From positions 16,306,001-16,370,000 of the forward strand of contig CP075493.1 in the NCBI GenBank assembly GCA_021613535.1: a stretch of 64,000 nucleotides of DNA, in the 5' to 3' direction. Under the pieces are notes generated by a model. The model saw nothing but the letters and a program-made list of their open reading frames with translations. It did no database searches and was not told the DNA's origin. The DNA comes from Adineta vaga. Lineage: Eukaryota; Animalia; Rotifera. Positions 25,584-38,164 of this stretch are shown piece by piece (position 1 is the first letter of the stretch; each line of letters starts with the position of its first letter). A program made the position numbers and the translations under genes.

Positions 25584-26693
25584 TCAGTTCTGTTGTCGAC
25601 TAGTATCACCGGTATTTCCCTGTCTTTGTCTGTCTGCAAACTGAGTGTTAATAACACCTATTTGATTCCAGTTGACTATTGCTCGTTCAGCTAATACAGG
25701 CAGATATCGTGTCAAGCCCAGTGCTCTCAAAGAAAAAGTCAATCCATATTGGGCACAACGTTTCATCTCGACACGAAATTTTGGCCCGGATAGAGTAAAA
25801 AGATAAAATCCAAGTACAGGATTTGTATAGTGAAGTATTCGAGATAGATCAAATGCAAAAATAAAAATAACTCGTTCAGACGCTGAAAGTGTATATTTAA
25901 GGATCGTTAACGCAATCATATTGAAAATATTGAAAGAAGCATACGGAGCTGAGAATAGAGTAGTAATCAACACTTGAAAAAGAAGCATGGAAGATAGTTG
26001 ACGATCATTTGAACTTAAACGTTCATTTTGTGCGTTACCAACTCTCGGACCTACACGATTGCGAATACTTCGAACGTTGAAAATCATCAGAATACCAAAG
26101 ATGCTCATTAGTATTATTGGTATAGCACAAGAAATGAATGAGAAAAATAGGTAGAAGAAAATAGTATATTCATATGTATATATACGACAAGTGTTAACTA
26201 CGCCATACAACTCAGACTTAAAGAAAAAAAGTATATGAACATAAATTAAAAACATGAATATAGTAGTAAATGCAATAATCTTTCGAGCAATTGATAAATT
26301 ACTCAATCGACGCAGTCGCACATTTGGTGAGCTTGAGAGAAAACGATCGATAGTGGCAAGTGCAACAAACCATAACACAAGAGAAAAAGAAGAATATACG
26401 AAAATATTACGTAACTTACACAATGCACTGCTCCCTTGTGATGGATCAATACCCCAACCATCTGCGAGATAACGCGTGAATAAGGCCATATAAAGAACAA
26501 AAGAGTTGTTGATGGAACCAGCCAGAAAATACATTGAACATGGATTCGTACGTAAAGAACGAAGAGTAAATATAATGATGTTAAATAAATTTCCAAATGT
26601 TCCAAAAACAATTTGGAAAGGTGGACATATGCGATTGAGCCAAAACATGACAGTATTTAAATTTGCAGTTAAAATGGCTACTGAATTCGACAT
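25584..26693 (-). CDS. Rhodopsin-family (class A) GPCR, single exon, 369 aa
   Basis: Seven hydrophobic segments with TM1 GTFGNLFN, TM3 LCKLR..LATIDRF, and TM7 FYLFTLSGPKFR. Confidence 0.9.
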   Translation of the reverse strand: MSNSVAILTANLNTVMFWLNRICPPFQIVFGTFGNLFNIIIFTLRSLRTNPCSMYFLAGSINNSFVLYMALFTRYLADGWGIDPSQGSSALCKLRNIFVYSSFSLVLWFVALATIDRFLSSSPNVRLRRLSNLSIARKIIAFTTIFMFLIYVHILFFFKSELYGVVNTCRIYTYEYTIFFYLFFSFISCAIPIILMSIFGILMIFNVRSIRNRVGPRVGNAQNERLSSNDRQLSSMLLFQVLITTLFSAPYASFNIFNMIALTILKYTLSASERVIFIFAFDLSRILHYTNPVLGFYLFTLSGPKFRVEMKRCAQYGLTFSLRALGLTRYLPVLAERAIVNWNQIGVINTQFADRQRQGNTGDTSRQQN

Positions 26694-27922
26694 GTTTGAA
26701 ACGTGAAATAATCTGAGACAAAAAAATATAAGATGTAATTAAGATTCAAGTAGCAGCTAAAATAAACGAGCAAGAAGTAATGTGAATATAAATATAGTAT
26801 TAAATGGTTCGTATCTATCTTTTTATGAAATTAAATCACAACAAAAGCTATAGTTATTAATATTTATCCCTGAAAACCAAATAGCTTTCAGTCATTTCGT
26901 GTTCAGTATATCATTATTATACTTAGGAGATACCAAAAGACATGATGTCGTTATTATAAAATCTTACAAAAGGTTCGAGACAATTTTCCTTCTATGTATA
27001 TATTTTGACAGATGAAATTGTAGTCTATAATTCTACAATATTTCAATTGAAATCATAAGCTGACATCCCACCGACAAGCTGTAAGAAAAGAGGAATAAAG
27101 AAGATTTTCATTTGTAAAAAAAAGAGAAATGTAGTTTTGACTTATTGTCACGTCGTCAGATTCCGTAGAATGAACGAATATATGTGGCAGTCGATTAGGG
27201 AATTTAGTTGAGATTGGAATTTATGTAAATTTCAAATAAATTCTATATTTCTATTATTTCATTAATGTAATAGAAAGTAGATTTTAGAAATTTCTATCAA
27301 ATTACATTGTGAAATGAAAGATTTTTGTTTAAATCAACAATGTAATAAAAGTTAGAATAATTTATTATGTATTTTTTGACAGAAAAATTGTGGAAAAAGT
27401 TATGATAAATTTATGTGAATTATGTATATTCGTTTCGTTATGTAGCTATATTAACGTTAATGTCAGGATGAAAGATTTTGAAGTTTGCTTTGAAATTATA
27501 GATTTTTATTTTTAATATACAAGTGCTTTTCATTATCGGGACATACGAGACATTGAATTTTGTATTAAATAAGAGGAAAGTGAATTTCGTTCGGTTTTAA
27601 ATACATTATTGTTCTTGCTGGTGTGAATATGCGTGCAGGGAGGGACGTATGAAACATTGTTTTTTTAGTTATGTGATTTGAATGTATATTAAAATTTAAG
27701 AGTTAATTACGTTTTTATAGGAATTATCCACCTCAAAGAGTTCAATTTTCATTAAAAAACGAAATTCTACTTGTAGAAAATAGTTATTTATATACATAAA
27801 TACTTTTATTAAGGAGAAGGGTTTTCAATTTTTAATGGATTTACATTATATTTTGAAGATATTTTCATTCATTTATTATCAATTAAAACTAAAGAAAATG
27901 AAAATAATTATTTTTATTTTTA

Positions 27923-29165
27923 TTAGGTTGTCAACAAAGTTTTGGCGTTTTTTTCAAAAATTTTATTTTTGTTTTTTCACTTCAAAAGTACAACTAGTTT
28001 TCAGATATATATTTACCATTACTATCTACCACTTGTTGCCAACGCTCTGGCAGAGACATGATCCCGCGCTCGTAGAAGTCCTGGGATTTTTCATCAAAGA
28101 ACTTGACAAGCTCCGTTTTGACATCGCTTTCGTCGTCGAACTTTTTATCACGTAAATCATTCGAAAGAGATCGAAACAAATGGTAGTCTGTTGGAGCCAA
28201 GTCAGGGGAATAAGGTGGATGAGGAATGGTAATCCAGCCGAGCTTCAATAATTTTTCACGGGTCGACTTTGCTACATGTGGTCTAGCGTTGTCATGTAAA
28301 AAATAAACTCGATCCTGCTTTCCCTTGAGCTTTTCTGCAACCCGATCCAATTGTTGACAGTACAGATCAGCAGTGATGGTGTAACCATTTGGTAGAACTT
28401 CCCAGTGGATAACTCCTTTGATACCCCACCAGACGCTCAGCATCAATTTCTTGGGATGGAGATCAGCCTTCGGTGTTGCTACGCCGGTTTGACCAGCGCT
28501 CAGCCACTGACGTCGACGCGGGTAGTTAACATACAACACCCACTTCTCATCACCAGTAATCAGATTGGATAACCATTGGTAGTTGCGGTGAGATGTGATT
28601 AAATCCATACATGCATCAACTCTCTGTTGCAGCTGATGTGCCGATAATTCATGAGGTATCCATACCCCATATTTCCAGGTCTTGCCTAATTCGTTCAGAT
28701 GTTTTTCCACCGTAGTATGAGAGCACCCGAGCTGCTCTGCTAAACACCGTAAAGTCAGTCGAGGATCTTCTTCGATAAGCTGCTTTAAAAAGTCCACATC
28801 CACTTCCATTGGTCTACCAGATCGAGGTAAGTCGTCGAGTTCTAAATCGCCATTCTTGAAATGATTGAACCAACGTTGCGCGGTACGAGTGGAGACTAGA
28901 CCCTGACCCATCGTGCCGCATATGTTGCTGGCTGCTTCCGTTGCTTTGTGCCCCAAACGAAATTCATGAAGTAAAAGCACTCGAACCTCTCTATGAGAAA
29001 GATTTATCTTTGACTCGACATCAACGTCCATATCAACGATTTTTTTTATCATTCAAAAGACATTCATGTCCTATATATATACCCTTAGTATGGAAACTTC
29101 TAGAACTTTCTTGGTTGTTCTACAAGATTTTAGAAAAAAACGACAGAACTTTGTTGACAACCTAA
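27923..29165 (-). mobile_element. Intact mariner transposon (1243 bp)
   Basis: TIRs TTAGGTTGTCAACAAAGTT / AACTTTGTTGACAACCTAA with a TA duplication on both sides. Confidence 0.97.
27994..29052 (-). CDS. Mariner DD34D transposase, 352 aa
   Basis: HTH N-terminus, WIPHEL, TGDEKW, HDNARPH, HPPYSPDLAPTDYHLF; no stops. Confidence 0.97.
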   Translation of the reverse strand: MIKKIVDMDVDVESKINLSHREVRVLLLHEFRLGHKATEAASNICGTMGQGLVSTRTAQRWFNHFKNGDLELDDLPRSGRPMEVDVDFLKQLIEEDPRLTLRCLAEQLGCSHTTVEKHLNELGKTWKYGVWIPHELSAHQLQQRVDACMDLITSHRNYQWLSNLITGDEKWVLYVNYPRRRQWLSAGQTGVATPKADLHPKKLMLSVWWGIKGVIHWEVLPNGYTITADLYCQQLDRVAEKLKGKQDRVYFLHDNARPHVAKSTREKLLKLGWITIPHPPYSPDLAPTDYHLFRSLSNDLRDKKFDDESDVKTELVKFFDEKSQDFYERGIMSLPERWQQVVDSNGKYISEN

Positions 29166-29370
29166 TACTTCATATAAGATTTATATTTGAAATTAATATT
29201 GAGAGATTATTTCTTTTTTAGAAATAGTCAATTTAATTTAATTTTGAATTTAATTTTAATTATGTAGATTTCTTATACCATCTGATGATCGACCTATGAA
29301 AATAAGTTGAAACTGGTTATGGTATTTATTTGTTCAAACACACCCACACCCTCAAGATTTAAGCTATTAA

Positions 29371-29413
29371 GCCATCTGATGAGAACTTTAAACAGTTCGA
29401 AACGCGTCATGGC
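29371..29413 (+). ncRNA. Type I hammerhead ribozyme, not linked to an RT ORF
   Basis: GCCAT-CTGATGA-GAACT..AGTTC-GAAAC-GCGT-C-ATGGC; all stems pair. Confidence 0.9.
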
Positions 29414-29429
29414 GACTTGTACTCACCCT

Positions 29430-30580
29430 TATGATAGGAAGATCAAAGTTCTCGAAACTGCTCAGTCGCATAAAGGTCAAGAATATATATGATGATATGA
29501 GATACAGTCATATGACAATGAAATAAAAGAAAAAATTCCTTCTACGCAGTTATCAGACTACAAAAAAAAGACGAAATATTTGTTGTAGTAACAATCAAAA
29601 TCTAGTTCAAATTTAAATCAAACTAGTAAATATTCAAACTTTAATAAAATTTTGATCTATACTATTAACAACGGCCTAGTCGATATTGAAATTTTGATCT
29701 CAATTAGTTCAAATTTAAATATCTTGATCCCAACTAGGACAAGTTAAAACGTTTTATAGTAAAATCTTTGTAGATGATTAAATTAGAGAACTAACTTTGA
29801 GATATGTGAATCTTTGTTTTGACACAACAACATTACTTACAACTTATGTTTAATGCAAAGAAATATTTTCAATCAGTCAAAATCGATGAGTAAGATATAT
29901 TGTACTCAATAAAACCAAAGTTATTTGTGGTTGCTCATTAAGATTTGTATAACATAACTAGAGAATTTCAAAGGATTAAGAATGTTTAAATATGAACTAG
30001 TTGTGATCAAAATTTCAATGTCAACTAGTTCGATTTAATGCTAAACCGAATTTGGACTATTAGTAAGAACAATTTCATCAAAATAAGCTATATGATGGTA
30101 AGAATGAAGCAAAAAGATACGGCAACACTGGTGATAACCGAATGAGAAAAGAAACAACATCATTATGAAATCATAAAAAGAAAACAAAAAACAATATTTC
30201 AAACCGTAGATAAGCGAATCATAAGATAGACAAAGAGGTTTTCACGAGAGAAAAAGAATGACATGATAGGAAGATGAAAGTTCTCGAAATTGCTCAGTTA
30301 CAAACAGCTGAGAATAAGATTGACGAAATAAGATAAAGTCATATGACAAGGTAATAAAAGAAAGAATTGTTTCTATGTAGTTATCAAACTAACATTAAAA
30401 GACGAAATATTTCTCCAAGATAAGTCAGATGATGGTAAGAATGAAGCAAAAAACAAGGTAATACTGATGATAACCGAATGAGAGAAGATGCAATATCATT
30501 ATGAAATTATAAAAAGAAAACAAAAAACATTATTTCAAACAATAGATAAGCTAATAATAAGAGAGAGAGAGAGACAAAGA
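29430..30580 (+). repeat. Two interleaved ~150-bp imperfect direct duplications
   Basis: 29430-29582 resembles 30263-30412 (ATGATAGGAAGAT.AAAGTTCTCGAAA.TGCTCAGT). 30091-30235 resembles 30429-30580 (ATGATGGTAAGAATGAAGCAAAA). Confidence 0.75.
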
Positions 30581-30841
30581 TGAAATAGGTCAGAGTATGA
30601 TATAAATATGCGTGTATATCTACCGTTAAAATTAAATTATTACTAAAGATTTTCCAAGGTAAGCGGGAATAATTTTAACCATCTTAACTTATTTTTAAAG
30701 ATGTTTTATCAATGTTCCGATTAAATTACCATATTCCAATTCTTTACTTTTTTTCTTTTAAGTAGATGTATTGCATGATTTATTCTTATAATATATATTT
30801 CAGATATTTCACATAGTACAGTTATAAAACCAGAAGACAAC

Positions 30842-33800
30842 ATGGAATATAATGAAACCCCTGCTAGCGAAGAGCAAGCAGATTTCATTTCGAAACAAAT
30901 TAAAAGCGAAAATCGACCAAACAAAAAGTAAATACACTATCCAGATATTTCCACAATAATTGGAAATATTTTCATGATTTAGATCAGTATGGTCGACCAT
31001 ATTTTCACATAATAAAATCAAAGTTATCATCACCGGCTTGCTGTTGATGTTTATTGTGGCTGGCGCACTAATGTTTTTTGCTTCTTCACAATCACAACGG
31101 ACTACACAAACATCATCTGAAAATGATCAAGGTAAGATTAAAAAGGTTTTTTATCGTCATAAGTGATGACCATATTCAACGAAATAAATATTAACCTCTT
31201 CATTGATATATTTTGTAGATGATGCACTTCCTCAACTACGATCATATTCAAGACATGAAGTAAACAATTCATATATTCATTATTTATTATCTTACAATCA
31301 TTATTTTATATAGAGACATCGATCACCAGATACTCTTGGCCATATGAATGTTTACATTAACAAACACAAGCATCGTTCAAATCAACGAGTTCGCTTTCCT
31401 GTAGCTCGATATAATGATCGTCATCACTTTCGTTTGTTTTATTTTCACTCTTTTTTTCTTTCCTATACGTAGCTTTTACTTTGTAGCATTACGAGGTCCA
31501 TTTCTTAATTTTATGCCATGGGTTCCAATATTTGCTGATCGATTAACAAAACAAACAATTATTTATTCACCAACAGGAGGTATATAATTGTTGATCGTTA
31601 TTGTTGAAATTAATTAATAATTCATTTATTTTGTTTAGTTTATATTCTTCCACCATTGATCAACTCATATGGTCAATTATTTTCAGTTGCACAACTTATT
31701 GCTTCTGGTTATGCTAGTTTGGTTAGTAGTGGATCATCACTCAATGGAAATATTGATATGCTTCGTTATTTTCAACCACAACCTTGTATGTTTTCTTTTT
31801 CTCTTTTTGTCCATTGATTGATATATTGTTTATGATAGTGTTGGGTCCAGGTATTCCAGTGATAAATCCTTTGATGGGTGGCTTTACTGGTGGCATTTAT
31901 AGTAATTTTGGTTCATTTCCAAATGCTAGACGGTATGAAGGACGATCAAAGATGGATTATTCAGGTGAAAACGAAGATGATGATGATGATGATGATTATC
32001 ATGGTAATGAACAAAAAGAAAGCGAAGAATATAAGTATCGACCTGAATACAATTCATATCGAAACAATAGAAAACCATACAAGACAAACAAATATACAAG
32101 TAATATATACATATTTCCTATTTATTTATTTATTCTCAGTTATTTCACGTATCTATTCTTTCGATTCATACTGATTGATTTTACTTTGTGATAGGAAAAA
32201 CAACACCATTAACAACCAAATCATCCACAACACTGCCACCACCTCAATCGTATTTAACCAAATGTGAACCAGAAAAGAAATCTTGTAAGTCAATTTGTTT
32301 CTTTACATATGAGATATCACAATTCTCACCATTCGTAAAATTGATCGAAATAGTTCATTTACTTTTTCCATTAATCATGATGACGATAAAACTGATTCTT
32401 TTTGGATATGATATGGATAAACTTGTATACCTCTATTTTTGTTTCCCTTTTTAGCAACAAATGGTCATAAAGGACGAGCATTTAAAAAACACTATCTCCG
32501 TAGAAAAATAAGAATGTTATCGAAGTTAAAGAAATCTGATACTCCTCGTATTCTGAAGGGTGCTTATGTCATTCAATATCCAACTAACACTCCTGTCAAA
32601 CAATGTTTTCAGTCAGTAACTAATTCTTTAGCAAAAACACATCAAATCAGTAGATCATCAGTTAAAAAGCGACTTGAAATCGAATCATCATTATTTACTG
32701 GCATTTCTATTCAAGTAGACCATAAAGATGCTATTGATGCATTGGAAATGATTGAAGATGCTGTTGACGTTTTTCCTGTTACCGTTATTAAACGTCCAAG
32801 TCCTATAAAGAATCCAAAATTTGCTGATATATTAACAGAAGAACAACGTAAAACATTGATTCCTCATTATTTAAGTGGTGTTGATGAGATTCACAAACGA
32901 TTCAAGAATTTTGGTGCGGGTGTTAAAGTAAGTATTGCTATATCAATATTTTGCTTCGTTTCCTGGCATTCTACTGAACTATACAAAATCATTTATTCTG
33001 TTTTATTCTAGATCGGTATCCTTGATACTGGTATTGATTATACACATCCAGCGCTTGGAGGTTGTTTTGGTGCAGATTGCAAAGTGGCATATGGATATGG
33101 TAAGTGATTGAATTTGATTATTTATCGACATACTTATCAAAGAGTAATGATTGTATAGATCTCGTTGGTGATGCTTATGATGGTTTTAACATACCAGTAG
33201 AAGATGATGATCCTTTGGACAATTGTTCTGATAGTGCTCATGGTATATTTTCTCTTACATATTTTTGTTATGTAGTCTCATGATATATAGGAACACATGT
33301 TGCTGGTATTATTGGTGCAAATACGACTGGAATCGATCAACCACTTTATACTCCAGTTGAACATTTTATAGGTGTTGCTCCTCGAGCAATACTTGGAGCA
33401 TGTAAGTAATATTTTTTCTATCTAATACAATATTTATATTTATTATATTTGTTTGAAAGATCGCGTATTTGGATGTGCAGGTTATGTAACAACTGGTAAG
33501 TATGAATAGTGATATATTATTACTATTGATTCTGTTTATGTAATATATTTTACAAATATATTTATTTCTAGATGTGGAGGCTAAAGCAATCTTTCGTGCT
33601 CAAGCTGATGGTATGGATATAAGTGAGTATTTTTGATTATGTCTTTTCTTTATCTCCTTCAAATCTTAATATTAGAAACAAGGCTGTCGAGGTAATATCT
33701 TTAAGACAGTGACATTTATTAACATATAGTGGAAATCTGTAAATAAACTGATTCGTTTCTTTGAGTTTATGAATTTTTTATTCAAGATGTCGTCATAGCA

Positions 33801-36800
33801 TAACTTAGAGGACCAGTATTATATTCAATTCCACGAAATGAGTTATATAAATGATAAGCTAATCTAGAAGTTTTTCTTTCTACTCAGAAATTGTGATGAC
33901 TTTTTAGTTCAGGATCGAAAGTCTGAAGAAAATGTTGATTCAAATATAAGCTAAATAAAATAAATGAATTTTTAGCTGATTTAATCAAAGTAGTATTTAA
34001 ACAAAAGTTCTGACTTCTCTATGAAATCGCTCAATTCTCTGTACAATTCGATACTGATTAATTTTTAACATAATTATTATGTATTTAGTAACAATGTCTC
34101 TCGGAGGTACCGAAGCTTATCCAGTTGGTATTCATATAATAGCTGCTCAATTAGTATCCGAAGCAGGAGGTGAGTTTTCCTTCTGTTATTCAATTATATA
34201 ATCTAACATTTCTCGTAGTTTATATCACAATCGCGGCTGGAAACGAAGGAAATGAGGGTTTGTACAGTACTGCAGGTCCGGCAATTGCACCAGGTGCTAT
34301 GGCTATTGGTTCTATCGATAATAAATATCTACCAGCATCTGTGATTATCACACCGGATGGTGAACAAATTGGTTATTTACATGGAGCATTTGGTGGATGG
34401 ACATCGAATGTTATCTCAAAAATTGTTGTCAATGGTCAGCTACAAGAATGTACCTTATTTATATTCTAACGTTGAGTTTTTCTTTAGATCCAAATCGAGG
34501 ACCAAATGATGGTTGTAATGGTATAAATAATCCAACTGCAGTCATAGGTACTGTGGTTCTATTTTCGTTCACTAATCAAGATACATGTGGCTCTGCTTTT
34601 CGATGTAATGCGGCAGCAGCAGCTAAGGCAATAGGCTGTCTGGTTTATAATGTTGGTCCTATTACAGGTCTTATTTCATCCATCCTTTTCTTTTGTTAAT
34701 TAAGTTTTTTTTATTGTAGGTTCCAGTTTGATTCCAAGTGGAAGTATCAGTTTAGCCGATGGTTTAAGCATTGTTGCAACTGTAGCTGAGGATCCTGATG
34801 CTCTTTATACTTTCACGGGCATGCCTACTGTGATTTCGGTGGTAAGAATATTGAATGAAAAGTTATAGAAAATGTTTTTCTTTCATAATAGATCCATATG
34901 AGAAACAATAAGTAGCGTAGACATATCGAAAAACGATAAAGTGCATTAAAGATTGTTTCGAGATTTAGACTTAAGTTTGAGTTGTGCCAAAAGAGATAGA
35001 CACATGACATCAACTGTAATACTAACTCATTAGACATTTTTGATCTTGTATATTGAATTCAAGATCAAATGTCGATGATTTAATTGCCTAAATTAGGAAT
35101 AAATATAGTTCTTAAACTTATATATATAAAATCGAATCGTTTGTATTTGATGCACATCTAAGTACACAACTGTAGATGAGAAAGAGAGACTAATTAGAAA
35201 ATAGGTGTCCAATTACATAATCACCAAAATGTTAAGTCTTCCTTACTTCTCTTTTGTAGTTAAATTCACTCAAATGAGACTAAAACAATCATCTGACGTT
35301 AGATAGTTTACTTGTATGTTAAAGCCATTAGCAACTTTTAATCTTTGAATAAATCTGTCAGCTATTAATTATAAACATTCTCCAGTGAAGGAAATTCTGA
35401 TAATGTGAACTTGCAAACATTTGGTTCTCTGTATGTTTAGGACACAGCTTTAACACCTTCTTTTTTTACTTCACTTGGTCCTACTGGTGACTTAAATTTC
35501 TATCCAGCAATAAGTGCCATCGGTGGATATGTGTACTCAACAGTTTCTCCCTATGCTGCTTCAATAAGCGGATTGTCAGCGGCATATGATACATATTCTG
35601 GTACAAGTATGGCTACTCCTTATATGGCTGGGTAAGTTTCATTATGCATGAGAACAGGATACTTCTGTCAAATGATCAATCAGATTAGAAAACAACTATT
35701 TTCATTTCTGATACATTTATACTTTGACAATTAATACAACTTTTTTTTTTGTTTCTATTTGAAGAGTATTAGCATTATTCCTATCCAGCATTGATAATCC
35801 TCCTCCATCCACAGTTAATGGTGCTGCATCAAATGGAAAATGTCGTCCTAAATTCTCTCTTGTCAAAGATATATTTCAATCAAATGCTCAAATGGTCAAC
35901 ATCTACAATTCTTCACTTCTTGCTAGTGCTATTCAACAAGGAGCTGGACTAGTGCAAGCTGATAAAGGTATCACTACTACAACTCTCGTCTTCCCAAGTA
36001 CACTCTCACTAAATGATACAGTGAGAAAACATTCTTCATACAAAGTTACCATAACAAATATTGGAAATAAAAAAGCTGTTTATAAAGTGAATCATATTGG
36101 AGCAGCGCTTGCTACTGGAGCAACATCAACCAGCGAATTACTTCTTGTTGAACCCATCTATTCTGAAGATTACGCTGTAAGTTTTAAATTAAAAATTCGT
36201 CTAAATTACCGAGAGAATCTAAAAAATAATAGCTAAAGTCGAATTTTGGCCAGTAGAAGAAAGAAGAACATATTTGTTTGTTTCCTTATCTAAAAGACGC
36301 CTTTATTTCTTTTTCATTCTTATGAAATCTTTTTGTTTTCATAACATATTCCAGAAAGTAACTATTCAACCATCTAAATTTGAACTTCAACCTGGTGATA
36401 CACAAAAAATAACACTGCGATTCCAAGAACCTTCGAAAGCTGATCCAACTCTTCTTCCGATATATTCTGGTTATATTAAAGTTCAAAATACAATCAATAA
36501 TGAAATCACTCATGTCTCATGTAAATCCTTTAGTTTGATCATTTGATTCCAATAGTATTTTGTCTTCGTTTGATTTGTATTGAATAGATGCTGGTATTGT
36601 AGGTGATTATAGTAAAGCACAGATTATTATTCGAAATCCGGATTTGGGAATTATTACGGGAATTGCGGATATGAATGCAAACTTTGTGACTAATGGACAA
36701 ATTCCAACATTAAATTGTACTGAACTGTGTTATGTTGTTGTGTTATTAGCATATCCAACACGACTTCTTAAAATAGAAGCTATTTCAACAACAGATAATA

Positions 36801-37673
36801 CAAAGTAACAATCATTTAGATATTAACTCTTTTAGTTATCCCAGAGAGAGAAAGTTTTCTTTAATACTCTTTTATTCTTTAAAAAGTAATTATCATTCTG
36901 TTCTTCATTACTTCTAAGTTTTTCGACTTCTTATTCTTATGAGAAAGAATACAGTTATAAACTTTCAAGAGTTCTATGAGTAGTTGTTAAACTCCTAAAT
37001 TAACAAATAACAAGTTAGATGCGTTTTCTAAAGGACGAATAAACTTAATTACTTGTAAATTTGATTAATTAAATATGGACTATCGATGATCAGTTGAGTT
37101 AATTTAGTAAGAATATTGCCACTATTGATTGATACTCTTTCCGATATCTTTCGAATAACTATAATAGAGAGACATCCTTGTAAGAGAAAAAATCATATTT
37201 TTCATCATTCAAATAGCTCCAAATTATCAAGAGTAGTTTAGAACGAATGACAATGCTCGCAGAAGGTTTTCTTTTCTTATTTTCTGTACCTCTAATTTCT
37301 TTTTAATATGTATACAAACTTGTATGTTTATAAATGGATGTAGTTTTACAAGATTATTTTTTTATTTTGTAGTCATGGGATATTGTATAGTGTGAACGCT
37401 CCTACCGATTTTACTGAGAAAGCCCTTGAGGGTTATTTCTATTTTGAAAACTTACCAAGAAATTTACCAGTTACCTTTCCTTATTATTCTGTCATCTGGT
37501 ATGGTGAAACTGGTAAAATATCGATGACTGAAGAACAACCAGATGGTCCGATTAGTAAACTTCCTGATGATCAATACAAAATTCAGTTTTCAGTTCTTCG
37601 CCATTTTGGTAATCCAACAAATCCAAGTGACTATGAAGTTTATCAATCACCACCGTTCAATTTTGTTCACTAA
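30842..37673 (+). CDS. S8 subtilisin-like serine protease (Vpr/pyrolysin-like, PA insert and C-terminal Fn3-like region) with predicted N-terminal membrane anchor; ~20 introns
   Basis: Catalytic triad motifs IGILDTGIDYTHPALGGCFG, AHGTHVAGII and SGTSMATPYMAG, plus MSLGG, AAGNEG and QQGAGLV. Upstream exons splice in frame from the ATG at 30842 by eye. Confidence 0.88.
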
Positions 37674-37810
37674 TTTAATACAAACATTAATCATTACTTC
37701 GTTTCTTTCGTGATTTCTTTTCGTATCGATTCTTTCATCTTTCTTCTTTTTCTATTTATTATTGATATATCTATAGAATTCAATTAATCTTGAGGGTGTG
37801 AGTCAAAGCA

Positions 37811-37858
37811 AACCAAGACGCGTTTCGACTGTAGCTAAAGCAGTCTCATCAGTTGATT
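37811..37858 (-). ncRNA. Type I hammerhead ribozyme
   Basis: Minus strand AATCAA-CTGATGA-GACTG..CAGTC-GAAAC-GCGT-C-TTGGTT. Confidence 0.9.
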
Positions 37859-38164
37859 TTCAGACTTTCATATCATTCATATATGTTTCGAATGATACAT
37901 TCAGTAATGGTCAGCGATGCCTTATATAATGAAATGTAGCAGTGAGAAATAAGTCGTTGAATGGCTTGTGACACCGCTAGCTGCCGACATCTTTCACATT
38001 TGTCATACAATCATATGAGATGCCGGTCTTTGTCGAATAATTTACATCGGGAAGGTTTTTTTTTATTGGTTCGTTTGAGATACAGATTGAATGTATTATC
38101 GAGAAGTTGTTTCATTTTTGAATTTATAATTAAATAACAAATTGATTTATCTTTGCTTAAGAAA

